Shown here piece by piece: positions 1 through 10,038 of a stretch of 43,111 bases of DNA. The stretch comes from Octopus bimaculoides (lineage: Eukaryota): the NCBI RefSeq assembly GCF_001194135.2, contig NC_068991.1:32468014-32511124 (forward strand). The letters are read 5' to 3'. A model generated the notes under the pieces. That model was not told the DNA's origin. It saw nothing but the letters and a program-made list of their open reading frames with translations, and made no database searches. The position numbers and the translations under genes were made by a program. The stretch's first letter is position 1. Every line of letters starts with the position of its first letter.

Positions 1-2126
1 CTAAATGAGGCTGCAAAGAAAGAGGTATGGAGACGCCACTACGAAAGGTTACTCAATAAAGAGAACGAATGTGAGAAAGAGAGTCTGCTGAATGTTGACC
101 CAACAGAGGGACCAGTGATTCGAGTTGACAGTACCATGGCAGATAAAGCTATTAAGAGTATGAAAACAGGGAAAGCCCCCGGCCCATCAGGAATCACTGC
201 AGAGATGCTCAAAATATCTGGCAGTGTCGGCTATAGCCTAGTCACCCGCATTGTTAACCAGGTGATACATGAAGGAGTCATATCCAATGACTGGTGTAGC
301 AGCACCATAGTCAACTACTACAAAGGTAAAGGTGACGCTTTAGATCCAAATAATTACAGAGGTATCAAGTTGTTAGATCAGGTAATGAAAGTCACGGAGA
401 AGGTCATAGCCCAACTAATTAGGGAGAGAGTCAGTTTAGATGAGATGCAGTTTGGGTTTGTACCAGGGAAAAGCACCACTGATGCTATATTTCNNNNNNN
501 NNNNNNNNNNNNNNNNNNNNNNNNNNNNNNNNNNNNNNNNNNNNNNNNNNNNNNNNNNNNNNNNNNNNNNNNNNNNNNNNNNNNNNNNNNNNNNNNNNNN
601 NNNNNNNNNNNNNNNNNNNNNNNNNNNNNNNNNNNNNNNNNNNNNNNNNNNNNNNNNNNNNNNNNNNNNNNNNNNNNNNNNNNNNNNNNNNNNNNNNNNN
701 NNNNNNNNNNNNNNNNNNNNNNNNNNNNNNNNNNNNNNNNNNNNNNNNNNNNNNNNNNNNNNNNNNNNNNNNNNNNNNNNNNNNNNNNNNNNNNNNNNNN
801 NNNNNNNNNNNNNNNNNNNNNNNNNNNNNNNNNNNNNNNNNNNNNNNNNNNNNNNNNNNNNNNNNNNNNNNNNNNNNNNNNNNNNNNNNNNNNNNNNNNN
901 NNNNNNNNNNNNNNNNNNNNNNNNNNNNNNNNNNNNNNNNNNNNNNNNNNNNNNNNNNNNNNNNNNNNNNNNNNNNNNNNNNNNNNNNNNNNNNNNNNNN
1001 NNNNNNNNNNNNNNNNNNNNNNNNNNNNNNNNNNNNNNNNNNNNNNNNNNNNNNNNNNNNNNNNNNNNNNNNNNNNNNNNNNNNNNNNNNNNNNNNNNNN
1101 NNNNNNNNNNNNNNNNNNNNNNNNNNNNNNNNNNNNNNNNNNNNNNNNNNNNNNNNNNNNNNNNNNNNNNNNNNNNNNNNNNNNNNNNNNNNNNNNNNNN
1201 NNNNNNNNNNNNNNNNNNNNNNNNNNNNNNNNNNNNNNNNNNNNNNNNNNNNNNNNNNNNNNNNNNNNNNNNNNNNNNNNNNNNNAGTCCTAATAAGTAG
1301 GAAGGTAGACAACACACAAACCCCTTCAGGTAGATGGCCCTGCTCGATCTGTAGAAAAGGCGTAGGTAGAAACTCTATAAGATGCACTCAGTGTAAGCTA
1401 TGGACACATAAGAAGTGCAGCAATATCAAAGGAAGGTTAACTAGGAAGTTAGTTTTTGTATGTAGCAGATGTTCAGGAGCTATAAACACTGTAAATGTGC
1501 AGAAAACAACTTCTGCCACATTCCAGGGAGAAAAACTAGACGTAGTTGATAGCTTCCGCTATCTATGTGACCAAGTTAGTAGTGGGGGAGGGTGCGCTGA
1601 AAGTGTAGCTGCAAGAATAAGAATAGCCTGGTCAAAGTTCAGAGAGCTTTTACCTCTGCTGGTGACAAGGGGCCACTCACTCAGAGTAAAAGGCAGACTG
1701 TATGACGTATATGTATGAACAGCCATGCTTCATGGCAGTGAAACATGGGCTGTGACTGCTGAGGACATGCATAGGCTCACAAGGAATGAAGCCAGTATGC
1801 TCCAATGGATGTGTAGTGTCAGTGTGCATACTAGACAGAGTATTAGTATCTTGAGAGAAAAGTTGAACTTACGAAGCATCAGTTGTAGTGTGCAAGAGAG
1901 ACTATTGCGCTGGTATGGTCATGTAGCGAGAATGGATGAGGATAGCTGTGTGAAAAAGTGCCACACCCTAGCAGTTGAGGGAACCTGTGGAAGAGGTAGG
2001 CCCAGGAAGACCTGGGAGGAGGTGGTGAGGCACGACCTTCAAACATTGGGCCTCACCAAAGCGATGACCTCTGACCGAGAAATTTGGAAATATGCTGTGC
2101 ATGAGAAGACCCGGCAAGCCAGGTGA
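1..2126 (+). mobile_element. RTE-clade LINE, ORF2 (reverse transcriptase) region, 5'-truncated by the window edge, gapped and carrying stops
   Basis: Translations KTGKAPGPSGITAEML, KGKGDALDPNNYRGIKLL, QFGFVPGKSTTDAIF, then after the gap VDSFRYL, AWSKFRELLPLL, MLHGSETW, LRWYGHVARM and GRGRPRKTW are typical RTE ORF2 motifs. The ORF ends at TGA 2126. Confidence 0.92.
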
Positions 2127-2685
2127 GACCTAAATCTAAGGCCTCAGGCAGTTCACTTATGCATACCTTCCTTCATTGGACACTAAACTCCACTTGCAAA
2201 GACCTGTTGAGGCAAGTGAAATCGAAATTGAGTTAAATTCGACAACTGGCACCCATGCCAACGTCGTCTCCTTCATTGGACACGAAACTCAGCTTGCAAA
2301 GACTTATTGGGGCAAGCGAAAGCGAAATCGTGATGGCACCTGTGCCCAGCATCGCCTTTCTCACACCTGTGCCCGCGGCATGTGTAAGGACTTTTGAGCG
2401 AGATTGTTACCAGTGCCCCTGGACTGACTCTTGTGCAGGTGGCACATAAAATACACCATTTTAAGTGTGGCCATTGCCATTACCGCCTGACTGGCCTTCG
2501 TGCCAGTGGCACGTAAAAGCACCTACTACACTCTCTGAGTGGTTGGCATTAGGAAGGGCATCCAGCTGTAGAAACTCTGCCAAATCAGATTGGAGCCTGG
2601 TGTAGCCATCTGGTTTCACCAGTCCTCAGTCAAATCGTCCAACCCATGCTAGCATGGAAAGCGGACATTAAACGACGATGATGAT
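2127..2685 (+). repeat. 3' UTR and (GAT)n tail of the RTE LINE, the source of a dispersed repeat family in this window
   Basis: Directly follows the RT stop and ends GGAAAGCGGACATTAAACGACGATGATGAT. Near-identical segments recur at 6758-6990(-), 29107-29550(+), 33312-33576(+) and 40865-41060(-). Confidence 0.85.
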
Positions 2686-2812
2686 NNNNNNNNNNNNNNN
2701 NNNNNNNNNNNNNNNNNNNNNNNNNNNNNNNNNNNNNNNNNNNNNNNNNNNNNNNNNNNNNNNNNNNNNNNNNNNNNNNNNNNNNNNNNNNNNNNNNNNN
2801 NATATATATGTA

Positions 2813-4154
2813 CTAGCAGCTAAGCCCGGTTTCACCCAGTCAGAGAATGATGCAAAGAGAGAAACGAAGACATAAAAAAGAGGAAGAAGTGGTGTTTGGG
2901 CGATGGATCTTGGTAGAAAAAAAAGAATGTCATGGTGAGTTTGTAAGGAGAGCAAAGCAAGACTGGACTTACATGGGCTGGCAGGACAATGAAAAAATTG
3001 CGGAGTTGAAATTGGAGCAGTTGAAGTTTCCGTTGTTATCATTGGAGTGCCTCTTTGTAGACAACATTCTTTGTCCTTCCCTCGGGTGCACAAATAGAAA
3101 GACCATGGGGACAGCCAACGTACAGTTGTGTGTGTGAGAGTACTTGCTGTCAGATTGAAACCAACTGCTTGCACTGATTGTCCCTGCACCTTGTTGATTG
3201 TCATGGGAAAGCAGAGTTTGATGGGAAATTGCATGTTTAAACTTGTAGGTCGTATCGGAGTGGGTAAGGGAGATATAAGTATGTCTTAGCCAGCGGCCGG
3301 TTCATTCAAGATTATTACCTACAGAACTCGGGAGCACAATTTTTTGATAATCATCCGCATACCATTGCACATTATTGGAACATCTAAATTCCTTAGCAGC
3401 ATGATTGGCGCACCAACTTTCAGATGCAGTTCGTGAGCTGGTAGTTCTGCGGGTCCCCCCTTTTGTCAGATTTGTCATGGGCTGGCCAGTTTATCTCAGA
3501 TACATGGGAAGCTGGATTAAATTTTTCATCAACACAGGGGAGCCAAAATAAATTTTTTCAATGTCCAAGGGAAGCCAAATTGCGAAAAAGGTTGAGAAAT
3601 GCTTATCTATAACGATGGTTTTTATTTAGGAACATCGTAAAAGTAATTATAATGAATTGCTTAATATAAAGAAAAGTATGTGTTTTCAAGCAAATACAGT
3701 TAGAAAAAATATTTACCATTTCAAGTCATCACTAAAAACAAAGCTCATCAATTTTTGAATGAAATAATTATTTTATTCTTTTATTCTAAGTTGTAAATTT
3801 TGCCTGAGAAATAAAGCAAATAATCACCAAATGCATTGTTAAAAATCTGCAACTCGATAGCAAATATCTCCAAATTGATTAGAAATGCATAAATTTAATA
3901 ATAACAATGTTTTTGAGATTCTGGTTCGAATGAAATGAGCGTTTTTGTTTCACTTTTAACATGTAATACCTAAATAGTGGAGGAGATATGATGTTGCTGT
4001 GGGCTGGAAGTATGCAAGAAGTTAAAATTTTTTTTTGACTAAAACACAACCGGGACCCTAAGTAAGGCATGGGTAAAATTTGAATGAAATTGGTTGTGTA
4101 GTTCTGGAGTTTTATGGATTCACACAGACATACTCAATTTTATATATATATAGA
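2813..4154 (-). mobile_element. Internally deleted non-autonomous Helitron (about 1.34 kb) retaining the C-terminal part of the Pif1-like helicase
   Basis: On the minus strand the 5' end reads A|TCTATATATATAAAA (TC at 4154-4153) and the 3' end reads CTGGGTGAAACCGGGCTTAGCTG-CTAG|T (imperfect hairpin then CTAG at 2816-2813). Helicase motifs ELHLKVGAPIMLLRNL and QFPIKLCFPMTINKVQGQS lie at about 3100-3450. Confidence 0.82.
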
Positions 4155-4743
4155 TATACAAATACACATAGCATATTATATATATTGATACCAAACCATT
4201 GAATTACACTTTACTAAAGCATTCCTATTTGAATTATAATTTCAGTCTGACCAACAATATATTTTACATACAATTTGTACTTCATCTCGTTCCCTTCATC
4301 AGGGATTTTATCTATTTTTGACAATACCATTCCCTCCATCAAGGAATGTCTCAGTTAATTTGAACTATCTAGTGTATTGTTTGTTCATTTGTTTGTTTCT
4401 GTGTCTTGTTATCCATGTATCCATAACACTAAATGAACCTGTAAGTATACCATCCATGCAACCACAACAATTAGATGCAGCTGTAAGCACACCATTCGTG
4501 TTTTCTTTTGTTAGTCACTGAATATTTGTTCTCTAATCTTAACTTTGGTCTTTCTCTTACATGGGGAAACATTGATTGATTTACTTTCCAGTCCATGAAT
4601 TATTGCTTTGCTATCTATCTGAAGTTCAATTCTATGGAAGATATTGTGGATATAGTTTCAAACACATGACACTCCATTTTATTATTTCTCAAAGTATTAA
4701 CAACTCAGCAGTCTTCATTATTACAATATGACTATTTCCTTAA

Positions 4744-4873
4744 AGGTGGCAAGCTGGCAGAATCGTAACCACTTTTGTCCATCTTTATGTTCTGAGTTCA
4801 AACCCTACTGAATTTACCTTTCATCATTTCAGGGTCTATAAAATAAGTACCAGTTGAGACAGGGGTTGATGCA
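4744..4873 (+). repeat. Degenerate tRNA-derived SINE (family A)
   Basis: GGCAAGCTGGCAGAATCG...TTCTGAGTTCAAA...TAAAATAAGTACCAGTTG matches the copies at 7388-7568, 9314-9482 and 41144-41670. Confidence 0.65.
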
Positions 4874-6544
4874 GTATGAGCATACTGAAACCAGTATGAA
4901 AATTTGCTTCAACTCTGTTTGCTCCTTTCAATCTTTAACATCATTCAAAAGTCTGGGTTTCAGCTTTCTTTTATGCTTTATCATTATCCTTTTTTAACCT
5001 CCTTGTAGGAAACAACAGAATGCAACTTTGTGTTGATTCTCACTACTTTGTTACAACAGCTATGATATTCAAGTCAAGACTTGGTTATACCACCAGGTAT
5101 ACTCTGGAAGTGTGGACTTACATTCTGATAAAATATGCTGCAACAGTCTCTATAACCTATGCCCCAATGACTGTCAGCTGTGTCATTCTAATCTCATCAT
5201 CTAATATTGGTTGGGAGTGGAAACACATTGTATGCAACTTTCAGGAGAAATCCTTACCTGGCTGGCTGCATATTTCACAATATGCTCTACAATTGTTTCT
5301 TTTGCTCAATTGTCACCCATGCTGCCGATATGTGCTCGTTTCCTAACACTATTGCTTTATGCACTCAATGGCAACTTGTCTTTTCTATTTGCATTCTTCT
5401 TTTCCTTACTTGCTAAGCTGGAATTTCTGATGACCAAGAAGATTTTTTGTTTTGTCTTTGATGTTTATCGCCTTCTTTTCTGTAACATTTCTGTACAAAC
5501 AGTTCTGCAGCAGTTGAGACAGTGGTTTGATGCCAGTATATAAAGTTACAAATATTTTACCAAACCATTCCAAATTCTTAATTATACTAGAAATTAATTA
5601 CAATTCAAAATCAGTCTACTTGTTAGAAAGGATTAATAAAAACCTATAATTTTTTCATAAATCTCATTAATTTTTCATTTTTTTTTTATCATTCATTCTA
5701 TTTTTTACATTTATTTACACTACAATTTGTTTGCCAAATTCTGGTGTATATTTATTGATCTGTTATTACTATTTAGTCCTAGTCATCATAAGCAATATTA
5801 TGGCTGCAGGTATTCCAGTCATGGTCATTTAATCTTTTTGTATATCAAAGATTATTTTGCTTAACATATCCTTCTTTATTTGAGAGAAATGGGTGTGATT
5901 TTAGGGAGATTTGGCTGCTATTGCTTGAAGGTCAAGTAACTGCATTGTAGTCCACTTATCAATTCAAATTTAACAAATCTGCTATTGATGTTTGGTATAA
6001 CAATACTTTTGACTGTTGTTTCAATCTGCTTATGAGTATGGTATTGGAATGGTAGAACTGGTAGGGGTATTAAACAAAATAACTTGCAATGTTTCTTTAC
6101 AATCATTTATGCTCTGAGTTCAAATATAATTAGGGTTGATGTACATCCTTTTTTTTTTCAAATATGCCTTGTTAGAAATCACTACTTTAGAAAATGAATA
6201 TAGTTGATTGACTCAGTTGACCAGTATACAACTGGTACTTATTTTATTATCCTTGGATAAATGGAAAGCTAACTTAAACTCTGTAGAGTTTATAATTTGT
6301 TAGTTTAAAGGGAAAAATTTAGTCTGTTGTACATACAGAGGTCCTGAATTCAGATCCAAGTACTGACTTTGTTTTATTCAATTTTTTTACTGACCATTTT
6401 TCTAGAAATATTCATTAGCATTAATCTTTAAAAATAACCAAAGCTTCAAAAGAGTTTCTGGAAGAATGTTATTCAGTAGTCATTTCAGCAAAAGGTCTTA
6501 TTGGAAAATATGCATCAATGCTTGCTGTTTGGAGTGGTTTCATT

Positions 6545-6740
6545 TATCTTTTACTTGTTTCAGTCACTTGACTGTGGCCATACTGAGACACTGCCTTGAA
6601 GAATTTTAGTTGAACAAATCAACCCCAGTACTAATTTTTTTAAAGTACTAGTACTTATTCTAACAGCTTCTTTTGCTATAGCACTAAGTTACAGAGATGT
6701 AAACACATCAACACCAGTTGTCAAGTGGTGGTGGGGTCAC
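6545..6740 (-). repeat. SINE-like repeat whose 3' tail matches the CR1-group LINE tail
   Basis: The minus strand ends AGTATGGCCACAGTCAAGTGACTGAAACAAGTAAAAG, similar to 40713-40765(+) and to the LINE tail at about 32893-32945(+). Confidence 0.6.
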
Positions 6741-6757
6741 AGACACAGACATATATA

Positions 6758-6990
6758 TCATCATCATCATCATCGTTTAATGTCCGCTTTCCATGCTAGC
6801 ATGGGTTGGACGATTTGACTGAGGACTGGTGAAACCAGATGGCTACACCAGGCTCCAATCTGATTTGGCAGAGTTTCTACAGCTGGATGCCCTTCCTAAC
6901 GCCAACCACTCAGAGAGTGTAGTGGGTGCTTTTACGTGTCACCCGCACGAAGGCCAGTCAGGCGGTACTGGCAACGGCCACGCTCAAAAT
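6758..6990 (-). repeat. RTE LINE 3'-tail copy
   Basis: (CAT)n followed by CGTTTAATGTCCGCTTTCCATGCTAGCATGGGTTGGACG, the reverse complement of about 2440-2685. Confidence 0.85.
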
Positions 6991-7387
6991 AGCAGTCAAA
7001 GAACTACTGATTTCAAAACTACAAATTATTACTCCAGATTGATAGCGATATTTTTGATACACACAGAACNNNNNNNNNNNNNNNNNNNNNNNNNNNNNNN
7101 NNNNNNNNNNNNNNNNNNNNNNNNNNNNNNNNNNNNNNNNNNNNNNNNNNNNNNNNNNNNNNNNNNNNNNNNNNNNNNNNNNNNNNNNNNNNNNNNNNNN
7201 NNNNNNNNNNNNNNNNNNNNNNNNNNNNNNNNNNNNNNNNNNNNNNNNNNNNNNNNNNNNNNNNNNNNNNNNNNNNNNNNNNNNNNNNNNNNNNNNNNNN
7301 NNNNNNNNNNNNNNNNNNNNNNNNNNNNNNNNNNNNNNNNNNNNNNNNNNNNNNNNNNNNNNNNNNNNNNNNNNNNNNNNNNNNNNN

Positions 7388-7568
7388 TATTTCATCTGCT
7401 GTGAAGTTCTGAGTTCAAATTCCGCCAAGGTCAACTTTGCCTTTCATCCTTTCGGGGTCAATAAATTAAGTACCAGTTACACACTGGGGTCGATGTAATT
7501 GATTTAATCCCTTTGTCTGTCCTTGTTTGTCCCCTCTATGTTTAGCTCCTTGTGGGCAATAAAGAAAT
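7388..7568 (+). repeat. tRNA-derived SINE family A with tail type 1 (ending AATAAAGAAAT)
   Basis: Body TTCTGAGTTCAAATTCCGCCAAGGTCAACTTTGCCTTTCATCC...AAATTAAGTACCAGTT; tail GTCTGTCCTTG...TGTTTAG...AATAAAGAAAT. Confidence 0.8.
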
Positions 7569-7570
7569 AA

Positions 7571-7614
7571 GAAACGTTAGTACTCCGGGCGAAATGCTTA
7601 CCAGTGTTTTGTCT
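7571..7614 (+). repeat. 5' head of a second family-A SINE, interrupted by the 7615-9313 insertion
   Basis: GAAACGTTAGTACTCCGGGCGAAATGCTTA resembles the heads at about 41276-41300. The SINE body resumes at 9314. Confidence 0.65.
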
Positions 7615-9313
7615 CTGTAAGTTTATGTTGAAATTTTATTGAATTGTTGCCATTGTTATTTGGTTGGAATTGTTGTTAGAACTGTTGCCGTTGTTAATTT
7701 AATTGTTGTTTTGTTCCCCATTGTGGGAAAATGGAGCAGATGCAGGAGGGAGGCCCAAGTTATGCGGCTGCAACGAGCAGAGGAGTAAATGTGCAAGAGC
7801 TAGAGGTCCGCAAGATAAAGGTGGAGCCTAGAAAGATGAAGGAGAGTGAAAAATTAATCACTAAGGAAGGTAATATTCTGAAGCTAATGCCACCTGAAGA
7901 ATTATCAGCCGTGTTAAAAAGAATGGTAACATTTAAAACCATGAAGACAGCCACAAGAAAAATAGAGATAGAAGCCAGAGGAGTGTATCAAGGAGTTGAA
8001 AAGATTTACAACATACATTACGAGAGGGAGAAAATACGCCACTGTAGAGGTACGCTTCACAACAGAGGAGGAAGCAATAAAGCACTCCACAGAGGCTATA
8101 AGGTCAGAAGAATGGATGTTCCTGCCTTCGTACTGCAGCAATTGTGTGGCCAAAGTGCAAGTGGGTAGGGTGCCACCCGAATTAAGGGAAGAATGGCTGA
8201 TGACAGCAATAACATAATATGAAAGATTGGAAGATTTTGAAGGCTACCAGGGCCCAGAAAGTAAACTACAGAGGATTTGAACAGTGTAGTGGATGAGATT
8301 GTGTTGCCAAAAGATGTAAGATTGAGAGTCAGTGTAGAGGAAAGGCCGCCGATATGTTTCACATGCGGAAAGAGGGGTCACATGAAGGCATGGTGCGCCC
8401 AAAGAGAACAACAAGCAAAACAGGTGAAGAGACAGGAGAATGTGGACCAGGTCATGGTAACAGAAAAAGAAACAGAGAATGGGTTTACTGTGGTTAAAAA
8501 GAAAAGAAGGAGGAGCGGAGGAATGAATTCTCCGCCAGAGAAGCAGAAAAAAGAAGAGAGAAGAGATGAGAAAAGAAACTGTGATGGAGGTCAATAAGAA
8601 GGAAGAAAAAAGGGAAAGTAAAAAGAAAGTGGAGTTACCAGTAAAGATACCGGTTGTTCCAGTGGAGAAGGATTCGGAAACACAATTGCAGGAAGGAGAG
8701 TTGGAGAGATTATTTAGGATAGAGGAAGGAAATGGAGAACAAAAAGTACAAGATAAAGGAAAGAAGATACGAGAAGGAGATGGAGTGTGGTATTATGTGA
8801 CATACCCAAAGAATGTTGAAACAGAAAAAAAGATAAATAAGTTTCATTCAATAGTAAAAGTGAAGGTGCCTTCATACGTCTACACAGAGGATATGACGGC
8901 AATACTGATGGAAGAAGAGAACTACAGAAAGTTGAAAGAGATGTGTAGAGATAGTGTTGACCCACCAGGAGTGGAGGTGGAATTCAAGGAGTTGCCACCA
9001 GTAGTGAATTTGAGAGATATTGAACCACTGATGAAGTTCTACTAAAAGAGGGAAAAAAATGTATGTTAAATGATGTTATTTTTAGGAAAATAATGGTGAT
9101 AAAGTAGGGGAAAAAAAAGAACAATTGTAGATAGTACATATAATGGTTCAAATGGTAGCGCATGTGAATGGGGCCCGTGTGGCCATTTTCATTTTTTCAT
9201 TATTATATAATTTCATCCCGTTTACATTCGTTTTATCTTTTTGTCCCCACTGTGGTCCTGTCTGTCCTTGGTGACCGCATCTGTGTTTAGGGCTTTATGC
9301 CTAATAAAGAAAT
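7615..9313 (+). mobile_element. ORF1-only (RT-less) non-LTR retroelement of about 1.7 kb with a putative 13-bp target-site duplication
   Basis: Contains a gag-like ORF1 in overlapping frames and no EN or RT. The 3' end is AATAAAGAAAT. Flanks CAGTGTTTTGTCT (7602-7614) and CGGTATTTCGTCT (9314-9326) match at 10 of 13 positions. Confidence 0.7.
7731..9045 (+). pseudogene. Frameshifted LINE ORF1-like protein (about 430 aa) with a CCHC zinc knuckle
   Basis: Consecutive ORFs 7731-8168, 7996-8217, 8277-8597 and 8566-9045 in shifting frames. Motifs are N-terminal SYAAAT, RRM-like VEVRFTTEEEA and VQVGRVPP, CFTCGKRGHMKAWC (C-x2-C-x4-H-x4-C) and basic FTVVKKKRRR. This resembles L1/Tx1-type ORF1. Confidence 0.75.
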
Positions 9314-9482
9314 CGGTATTTCGTCTGTCTTTACGTTCTGAGTTCAAATTCCTCCGAGGTCGACTTTGCCTTTTATCCTTTCGAGGTCGATAAATTAAGT
9401 ACTAGTTGCGTATTGGGTCCATCTAATCGACTGGCCCCCTTCCCCCAAATTTCGGGCCTTGTGCCTAGAATAGAAAAGAATA
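9314..9482 (+). repeat. Body and tail type 2 of the interrupted family-A SINE
   Basis: CGGTATTTCGTCTGTCTTTACGTTCTGAGTTCAAATTCC...CCCCAAATTTCGGGCCTTGTGCCTAGAATAGAAAAG. Confidence 0.8.
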
Positions 9483-9639
9483 GTTGAATATACTCCACCA
9501 CAGTGATATTGAGAGGAACAGAGATGGGAAAAAATTACGCTGTTTCAGCTATCGATATTTCCATATTTTATTTTTTGATCACTTAGTCAATATCGTAAAC
9601 TTTACATCCCATTTTTTTGTTTTTAAAACTACCTCCTTC

Positions 9640-10038
9640 TGAACGTTCAGTTATTCTATTTTATCCTCCCTCTCCATAAATGCTAGCTCCTTTCCCTGTA
9701 TTTCTTTTTCTTCGCACAAGCTTTTCAATTCTATACACTTTATTCAGTTAACTCTTCCTTCTCTCGTATTTAGTCAGTTTATCAGTCAAACCTCCCTCTC
9801 CTTCGCCTTCATTCAACTTGTACCTATTCCTCTTCCCCCTCTTTGTCACTTTCAATGAGCGGGATGGGAGCGCCATTGAAGTAGGAGGAGACGGACCAAT
9901 TAATAGTAGCAGCAGTAGTGGCAATAATAACAGTGGTAGTGACAGTAGAGTGTTGTATGTAGTAGTAATAATAGTGTACAAAGCAGTAGTGATAGTAGTA
10001 ACAGTAGTGTTGTATGCATCAGAACTTCTTGAGGTATC
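9640..10038 (+). promoter_or_regulatory. Probable promoter and 5' UTR of SPTLC2
   Basis: Unique sequence immediately upstream of the inferred start codon, with several TCAGT Inr-like words (about 9646, 9744, 9775, 9782), CT-rich tracts and an (AGT)-rich low-complexity stretch. The TSS cannot be determined from sequence. Confidence 0.35.

Noticed and set aside
436-1387. Long 280-400 aa ORFs across N-runs (also near 6829-7434, 13368-14606 and 34555-35000)
   Set aside because: Artefacts of translating N as X. They have no real coding content beyond the TE fragments already listed.
4880-5545. Cluster of 70-110 aa ORFs, with a faint minus-strand PSLDLNII resembling a Tc1 motif
   Set aside because: Too degenerate to assign. 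There are no TIRs or further motifs that I can support.
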